DNA from: a virus | Lineage: Duplodnaviria; Caudoviricetes | Length of the DNA: 59,211 bases | Virus record (IMG/VR): IMGVR_UViG_3300036770_005043 | Location: 1 to 59,211 of that record | Strand: one strand, 5' to 3' | Part shown: positions 53,752-59,211 of the stretch, piece by piece | Layout: each line of letters opens with the position of its first letter | Position numbering within the stretch: position 1 is the first letter of the stretch | The notes under the pieces: model-generated | What the model saw: only the letters and a program-made list of their open reading frames with translations | Told to the model about the DNA's origin: nothing | Database searches by the model: none | Position numbers and translations under genes: made by a program

Positions 53752-55601
53752 CGCAAGCCATCCGGCTTGATGTCGACGCGCATCGTGCCAAAGCGCCAAT
53801 TGGAATCGACGTCACTGCTTTCGATGCGTAGGCTAATCTGCCGCCCGCGTGCACGGGTGTCGACTTTCTGCGTGTTGGGGGCGATGACGTAGGGATCCAA
53901 CGAACTCGGGCTTGCGGTGGCTTGTGGGAAAGGCCGCAAAAGAAGGTGAACGGTGAGGTTGCCGACTTGGTCTTGGAAATCAGGGATAAAGCGGCTCATA
54001 AAGAGCATTTGATCGCCATCGCCAATGTCAAAGTAACCGGATTTGATGAAGGCATTAATCGCCGCGCCATCAGCATTGACGCCGTCTTCTTGGTTATAGA
54101 GCCGTGAGCGACCTGCCGTGAGGCCGTAGATGGTTGACAAGGTTGCCTCTGTGCCATCGGGGTCATACGTCGTCGCCAAGGGCTTATCATAGGTGCCCAT
54201 GTCCGTCCACGCCGTGCGAGGCATCGTACCGACTGACCAGACGTTCTCAAGGTAGTTGTACGTTACGAAACGGTCGATGTAGTCGTTCGTAAACGAGCAA
54301 TACCACCAGGTTACTTCGTTGAACTGGGTGTTGATGCCGACGTGTACCTTTTGGGCCTGCGTAATGTTGATATCTTTGAACACGTAGTCCTGAACGGTGC
54401 AGGGAAGCTTCTTGACCGTACCGTCAAAGACGAAAAACGCGTCCTTGCTCATCCAATAGGCGACGCCGTTGACGTCCGCAGACGCGTGAGGCCCGATACA
54501 GCCGCAGTTGGCGCCGAGCTGTTGAAAACCAAACGTGTAAGGCGGCCCCAGGTATTGCATGCCGTGCAGAGACGTGTCCGTCCAGATCAAAATCTGTCCG
54601 CGTGAACGCAAGGCGGTGATGATCTCGTTGCCATCGGTCAACCGCTGACCGCCTGCGGTGTTGGTAGCGGTTGCGACAAAGCTTTCGATGTCCTCCTGGT
54701 TAGAAAATCGGACAAACATGGGATCTTGCGAGCTCGGCGTGCCGATCGTTGACTCCGTACCAAAACAGACCAGATGGCGGTCCGGAGTGGACACCAACGC
54801 GTACTTGCTTTTAGTCGGCGCATTCGGAATCGCCACGGCGCGCGTGCCAATGCCCGCGGACGTATCCCAGCGGTAGATCCCACCGTCCACGAGCTGCAAG
54901 ATAAGGTCCTCGCCAAAGTTATCGAACTGCCAAACTCGCGAAAAGAGCGATACGCTGGCAGAGGGCGGCCTTGGGGTGCCCCAAGTGGACAGTCCCCACG
55001 TGCCGGTGCCCCAGCCAAAGTCAAAGTAGCTGACGTCGGCACCGACATTGATTTGATATTCCGCATCCGCGGTCCCTGCGGCGCTGGCCGTGGACGATGC
55101 AGCGGTAGGTGAAGCAATGCGGTAGGTATTGGTGGTCAGGACCTCTATGATCTCAAACTCATTCTCTAGATCCGCGTCCGGGATACCACCAGGCGTACCC
55201 GTGACGTTTGAAAAGGTAACAAAGTCGCCCTCTACCGCTTCGTGAGCGGTGTCATTGACGACGACATCCGTTGATCCAGAGGTCGTATCAAAGGTCACGC
55301 CCGTTGTCGTGTCTCGGATGGGGGTGATATCGGCCCACGCGCCGCCGTAAAACACATACACCTTGCGGGAAGTGCCGAGCGCGGCATAAGGAGCGCCGCC
55401 CAGGCCGTTCCACGTGAAGATTTCGCTCGGCATACCGACGAAATAGGTCGAGTTTTCGCCAAAACTCGTCCATCCGCCAAGCTTTTCGGGCAAGCCATAA
55501 CGAAAACGAATGTAGTCGCCGTCGATCCAGCCGCCTTCTGCGCCGTATTCGGTGTTTTGCTTGTCAACGCCGGGTTTTAAGAACAGCCGAAGTAACGGCA
55601 T
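53748..55601 (-). CDS. Tail tubular/DNA stabilisation (nozzle) protein
   Basis: KPGV.KQ.T..GAEG.W.D.D..RFRYG.PEK.GGW, WTD..L..MQ..GPP.TFGF, R.RGRQ, WR.G..R.D..PDG.R. Confidence 0.8.
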   Translation of the reverse strand: MPLLRLFLKPGVDKQNTEYGAEGGWIDGDYIRFRYGLPEKLGGWTSFGENSTYFVGMPSEIFTWNGLGGAPYAALGTSRKVYVFYGGAWADITPIRDTTTGVTFDTTSGSTDVVVNDTAHEAVEGDFVTFSNVTGTPGGIPDADLENEFEIIEVLTTNTYRIASPTAASSTASAAGTADAEYQINVGADVSYFDFGWGTGTWGLSTWGTPRPPSASVSLFSRVWQFDNFGEDLILQLVDGGIYRWDTSAGIGTRAVAIPNAPTKSKYALVSTPDRHLVCFGTESTIGTPSSQDPMFVRFSNQEDIESFVATATNTAGGQRLTDGNEIITALRSRGQILIWTDTSLHGMQYLGPPYTFGFQQLGANCGCIGPHASADVNGVAYWMSKDAFFVFDGTVKKLPCTVQDYVFKDINITQAQKVHVGINTQFNEVTWWYCSFTNDYIDRFVTYNYLENVWSVGTMPRTAWTDMGTYDKPLATTYDPDGTEATLSTIYGLTAGRSRLYNQEDGVNADGAAINAFIKSGYFDIGDGDQMLFMSRFIPDFQDQVGNLTVHLLLRPFPQATASPSSLDPYVIAPNTQKVDTRARGRQISLRIESSDVDSNWRFGTMRVDIKPDGLR

Positions 55602-55610
55602 GAGGCTCTC

Positions 55611-56048
55611 CTACGTAATAGGACCGCCCACGAGCCACGCATCGCAAGTGCGGTCCCCTGCACACTTAAAATGAAACAGCTCACAATAGCCAAGATTGGC
55701 TGCATCCGCCACTTCTTCGGCGTAGTCCTCGTGTTCCTCGTCCTCGGACCGCATACCGTTGGTGATACAGGCCATCATCTGCGGCGTTTGGATAAACGCG
55801 GCGCAGTTTCCACAGCGTGCCTTCTTCGCTTCACGCACGGTCGTGCCCCAAAGCTCCGCTTTGCCCTGCCAAAAGGCGCGGGATTCGGACTCTGGGTTCA
55901 AGGGACCGTAGCCATACTCCTTGATGGCATGATTTCGGTTCTCAAGATTGACGTGCACGTCCTGCGTCGCCTCGGGACAGCCCTTTTGGCCCTTCTCGTA
56001 GGACTTGCGAATCTCCTGACCGATCGCGTCTTTCTTTACGCTCGCCAT
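55611..56048 (-). CDS. Cys-rich protein with HiPIP-like cysteine spacing
   Basis: CGNCAAF...GYCELF.FKCA..RTCDAW. Confidence 0.6.
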   Translation of the reverse strand: MASVKKDAIGQEIRKSYEKGQKGCPEATQDVHVNLENRNHAIKEYGYGPLNPESESRAFWQGKAELWGTTVREAKKARCGNCAAFIQTPQMMACITNGMRSEDEEHEDYAEEVADAANLGYCELFHFKCAGDRTCDAWLVGGPIT

Positions 56049-56051
56049 AAC

Positions 56052-56285
56052 TCACCTGTATTGCGCGGTTTTACGCGCAATGGATCTTGGTTGTTTAACA
56101 AACTGCTTGCCTTTTCTCTTGCCCTTTCGTTTAGCCGCCGTCGTGCGAGCATACTCCTGCGGAGTTAGTGCCTTAATCGCCGCTTCCGGCAAGTAACGTT
56201 CTCCTGTTTTGCTCGAGGGCTTGCCTGACTTGGTTCGCCACTTTTGGGCGGTCCATTCTTTAAGCGATCGCTGCGGTGCGCGCAT
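56052..56285 (-). CDS. Small basic protein (DUF5872-like)
   Basis: Q.SLK.WT.QKWRTKSG...TGERYLP..AIKAL. Confidence 0.75.
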   Translation of the reverse strand: MRAPQRSLKEWTAQKWRTKSGKPSSKTGERYLPEAAIKALTPQEYARTTAAKRKGKRKGKQFVKQPRSIARKTAQYR

Positions 56286-56287
56286 GG

Positions 56288-56482
56288 TTAGTCCCTATAG
56301 CCGCCGCCTGCGGCCTTGTAACGCTTAGCCAAAAGCTGTGCCTTCCTCGCGGACCAACGGCCTGCGCCTGTGCCCTGTGTATTAGCGGCCTTAATCGAAT
56401 TGAATAAGCGTTTACGCAGCTCTGGCTTCGTGTAATTGCCTGCTGCGTTAACCTTGGACTTAGTTTTAATTTTACGCTTCAT
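56288..56482 (-). CDS. Small basic protein (DUF5872-like N-terminal part)
   Basis: NYTKP.LRKR...G.WSARKAQ.LA..YK..GGGYR. Confidence 0.75.
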   Translation of the reverse strand: MKRKIKTKSKVNAAGNYTKPELRKRLFNSIKAANTQGTGAGRWSARKAQLLAKRYKAAGGGYRD

Positions 56483-56694
56483 GGTAGGGTCGCTCCTCGA
56501 GAGGCGGGCGTCGTCGTCACGGAGATTTCCACATTCTGCCGCAGCGATAAGGGATTGCCGCAGTCAGCGCAAGTGTCTGCATCCAGCTCCGACTCATCAA
56601 GATCGTAGCCGCATGCTGCGCAGAGGATGTCGATGACATGGGCCGGCTCAATGAGGCCTTGGTCCGTGATCCGCGGGGCATTTACCGTTTTCAT
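56479..56694 (-). CDS. Zn-ribbon protein
   Basis: CAACGYDL...CADCG. Confidence 0.7.
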   Translation of the reverse strand: MKTVNAPRITDQGLIEPAHVIDILCAACGYDLDESELDADTCADCGNPLSLRQNVEISVTTTPASRGATLP

Positions 56695-56706
56695 CGCATC
56701 ACGCCT

Positions 56707-57081
56707 CTAGTAGGACCAGCAATTTGGGCGAGGGGCCTCAGTCAGTGTATCCAAATGGATAAACCTGCCTGATGTCTTTTGGTTCACACCAATGCCGGTA
56801 AAGCCCAAGGCAAAGGCATGTTTCATCAACTCGTACGCCTGCTGTCCATCTACTGCGACATCGCAAGCACAGCCTGACGAATGTGCGCCGGGTTTAATCT
56901 TCTTGGCTTCAATCGGATGCTGCGCGCAACGGAACCCGCTCGTAATTCTCATCGGCTTGCCATACGCCATCCGCAGTGCCTGCAACTTCGCCATAAACGC
57001 AGGGGTCATCTGGTTGGCACCGCAGTGAGTGCAGTCGAATTCGGCTTTAGTAAAGTTCGGATAGATGCCCCAATCAATCAT
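56707..57081 (-). CDS. Endolysin, peptidase M15A family
   Basis: NF...EF.C.HCG, ITSGFRC..H, H..G.A.D, FIHLD. Confidence 0.88.
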   Translation of the reverse strand: MIDWGIYPNFTKAEFDCTHCGANQMTPAFMAKLQALRMAYGKPMRITSGFRCAQHPIEAKKIKPGAHSSGCACDVAVDGQQAYELMKHAFALGFTGIGVNQKTSGRFIHLDTLTEAPRPNCWSY

Positions 57082-57476
57082 TTCGACACCCCTTTGAACT
57101 TCTCAAAGGTACGCAAGCCACCCAGTCCTAACATGCCCAATAGAATCGTCATTAGGCTATCCATATCAAAGACCGGCAGGGGCGGCAGGACTTCACCACT
57201 TAGGATGACCAAGAACGACACGACGGGATATAAAACAAAATGCCACGCAAGGGCCACGCCGCAAGTCCAGCCTATAAACGGACGCCAGCCAGCCACGAAC
57301 GGGCTACGGTTACCGGCTTCGGCTTTATTAACTTCGATCTGACCCTTGGCAATCTCTTGAGCATGTCGCTCTGACATCGTGGCGAGTTCATGCGCGAGCT
57401 TTGCTTTCTGGTCTTTGTCCTCAATGAACTTATCCAGAAGCTGCGTGATGGGGCCAATTAAGGTTTGGACAATCAT
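57078..57476 (-). CDS. Holin (3-TM GTA-type)
   Basis: LDKFI.DKD, Q..VN..EA, GWRPFIGW.C, GMLGLGGLRT.EK..GV. Confidence 0.85.
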   Translation of the reverse strand: MIVQTLIGPITQLLDKFIEDKDQKAKLAHELATMSERHAQEIAKGQIEVNKAEAGNRSPFVAGWRPFIGWTCGVALAWHFVLYPVVSFLVILSGEVLPPLPVFDMDSLMTILLGMLGLGGLRTFEKFKGVSK

Positions 57477-57700
57477 TTCTTGTCCTCTTTGTCATCCAGC
57501 TTGTCGTTGATTCGCATTAACATTGCTTTGATTTCGTCAATGTCAGCGCGGTAGTCCACACGGGTGACATAGGTCAACGGCATGGCACGGACATCTTTAT
57601 CCAACCGTTCGATAGAGCGGGAGATGTTGTTCAAGATCCACCCGCCAAACATACCGGCTACACCGACAACGATGTTAAAGAGAATCTGTCCGTCTTCCAT
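57473..57700 (-). CDS. Membrane-anchored lysis-cluster protein
   Basis: N-terminal TM helix, P..YV.R.DY..D, KLD.K.DK. Confidence 0.7.
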   Translation of the reverse strand: MEDGQILFNIVVGVAGMFGGWILNNISRSIERLDKDVRAMPLTYVTRVDYRADIDEIKAMLMRINDKLDDKEDKK

Positions 57701-57701
57701 C

Positions 57702-57881
57702 TCATAAACTCCGTACCAAGACTGTTGCCAACCAGCTAATCACTGCTCCTGCTGAAAGCCATAACAGCTTCTCTACCCAACTCATGCGTTGCTCTAAACG
57801 ATAGACCCGCGACTCCACGGCTTTGATCTTGTGACCATAGTCCGTCTTTAAGATCCGCAGGTCTTTCGCTTCAACGGTCAT
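57702..57881 (-). CDS. XhlA-like coil plus TM protein
   Basis: Read by hand: MTVEAKDLRILK...RVYRLEQRMSWVEKLLWLSAGAVISWLATVLVRSL. Confidence 0.6.
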   Translation of the reverse strand: MTVEAKDLRILKTDYGHKIKAVESRVYRLEQRMSWVEKLLWLSAGAVISWLATVLVRSL

Positions 57882-58033
57882 TGCTCTGTTGCGCCTTCCG
57901 GCTTCGGCACCTGCGGCTCTGCCTGTTCTTTAATCTTCATCACCAAAGGCCAAGCACCGGATTTCGTGGGCAGGTCGCCCAACACTTGCAGGATGGCATT
58001 TACTTCTTCAATGCTGAGTTCTAGCTTAATCAT
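57878..58033 (-). CDS. Small conserved protein (L.LS.EEVN.IL..LG.LP)
   Basis: Read by hand; ATGA overlaps; often found after tail fibres. Confidence 0.65.
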   Translation of the reverse strand: MIKLELSIEEVNAILQVLGDLPTKSGAWPLVMKIKEQAEPQVPKPEGATEQ

Positions 58034-58245
58034 TGTTTTCCCTTTTCATGTAACGCCTGCGTCGTAATCACCCGCAACACCAAATTCGCCATCGCCCCGA
58101 CCAACAAAATGCTGGCGGCAACGTCTTGCCCGAATAGCACCGTGAGGTTTCCTGCGAACATTTCCAAACTAGCCAGCAACGCCAGCAGGACGTTCCACCA
58201 AACGGTTTTGCTTTTCAGTGCGCCTTTCAAAGTTTGCATGTCCAT
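58030..58245 (-). CDS. Small 2-TM holin-like protein
   Basis: KSKTVW.N...N.VLR.ITTQ motif. Confidence 0.7.
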   Translation of the reverse strand: MDMQTLKGALKSKTVWWNVLLALLASLEMFAGNLTVLFGQDVAASILLVGAMANLVLRVITTQALHEKGKQ

Positions 58246-59186
58246 TAGTTAGCTCCTTCAAGTGCGGCAACTCTTGCGCGTAGGGATTGGATTTCCTTGA
58301 CCAGCATTGGGACGAGTTTGCTGTAGTCCACGCCCCAAGCGCGTTCTACTTCTTCACCATCATCTCCGACCGTAACGGCTTCTGGCGCAACAGCGTGAAG
58401 GTCTTGGGCAATCGCCCCATATCGCGTATGCCCGCCAGCCTTCCAATCGTGTTTGACGATTTCAATAGCATCAATAACTGAACCCGCATCATCGGCTGGA
58501 GCAATGTTTTCTTTTAATCGACGGTCAGATGAAGTGTTATAAGCCGTCAATGTTCCATTGCTAGTGATTGAGCCTCTTGTTGTACGGCTTACTTTATCGG
58601 CAAATTCAATAAAATATATTGTCCCAGTGTCTACAGCGTTCCACACTGAAATTGTTTGCGTGCCAGCCGTCGCGTTTTTAACGCTTAACGCGCCTTGACT
58701 TGCTGTTGTTCTTACAATATCTACGGCAGAAACAACTCCACCATAAGTGCCGTTTGAAGTCGTCCCAACCAGCAAATCCCCCCCGCTCGTGATGCGTGCG
58801 CGTTCGGCAACAGTGCCAGCGTTATTTGTATAAAACCCCGTGTAACTGCTTAGTGCAGTTGTTGATGTGTTTTCACGGAGAAACGCGATAGACCCTAGTG
58901 CCTTACTACCGGCTGTAACAGCGGTAGATAGCGCCTCAACAATACCGCCTTGGTCTGCCGTCGTCGTAGAGCTTTGCAGGGAAATAATGGTATTCCCAGA
59001 ACCGCCCATTAAAAACTTTGTTCCTGCGCCACCGTTCCATACTGTGGTGCTAGTCGTCCCAACCAGCAAATTCCCCGACGAGTCGATGCGTGCGCGTTCG
59101 GTGTTGTTGGTGTTGAATACAAGCGGCAGATTTTGAACGCTGCTTAAAACCGTATTAGATGAGTTTGAATAAAGATATGCACCATT
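58245..59186 (-). CDS. Tail fibre C-terminal part with intramolecular chaperone (peptidase S74) domain
   Basis: Continuation of 1-1722; SDRRLKENI, G.IAQDL..V.PEAV, VDYSKLVPMLVKEIQSL. Confidence 0.9.
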   Translation of the reverse strand, partial: NGAYLYSNSSNTVLSSVQNLPLVFNTNNTERARIDSSGNLLVGTTSTTVWNGGAGTKFLMGGSGNTIISLQSSTTTADQGGIVEALSTAVTAGSKALGSIAFLRENTSTTALSSYTGFYTNNAGTVAERARITSGGDLLVGTTSNGTYGGVVSAVDIVRTTASQGALSVKNATAGTQTISVWNAVDTGTIYFIEFADKVSRTTRGSITSNGTLTAYNTSSDRRLKENIAPADDAGSVIDAIEIVKHDWKAGGHTRYGAIAQDLHAVAPEAVTVGDDGEEVERAWGVDYSKLVPMLVKEIQSLRARVAALEGAN

Positions 59187-59211
59187 CGTATTGTTGTAAA
59201 ACAAAGCAATT
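59187..59211. repeat. Duplicate of bases 1-25
   Basis: Exact 25-bp match. Confidence 0.95.

Noticed and set aside
58245-59211. Diversity-generating retroelement acting on the tail fibre
   Set aside because: No reverse transcriptase and no adenine-specific TR/VR pair; the repeats are short junction motifs

Overview
The window is an apparently complete, circularly permuted dsDNA tailed-phage genome of about 59.2 kb. Bases 1-25 equal bases 59187-59211, and a tail-fibre ORF reads in frame across that junction. Nearly all genes are on the minus strand. The modules are: tail and adaptor genes; a Mu gpT-like major capsid protein with scaffold, GroES and portal; a 1645-aa mosaic protein; TerL; a repeat-rich non-coding block that is probably the physical genome end; an early cassette region (DUF932, a Cys-rich protein, many small ORFs); a resolvase and TerS; a candidate replication origin; a run of small ORFs; a replication module (Leu762 family-A DNA polymerase, UvrD-like helicase, AEP primase, SSB-like protein); a plus-strand island (SNF2 helicase, HNH, PD-(D/E)XK exonuclease); four large ejection-type proteins; tail tube; and lysis genes. 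The layout is podovirus-like and resembles ~60 kb HTVC023P-type/uncultured aquatic phages, but this comes from recall and was not searched. I saw no integrase, RNA polymerase, tRNA, CRISPR array or reverse transcriptase. The most striking unexplained signal is a short hydrophobic-x-x-GG tag, sometimes followed by a shared D(S/T)xxAx(L/I)(S/T)xxE module. It recurs in the ejection proteins, in the giant mosaic protein and in tiny basic late proteins, which suggests a virion cargo-targeting or processing system. Several structured RNA leaders and a four-gene array with identical start sequences also deserve follow-up. All family assignments come from motif recognition by eye.
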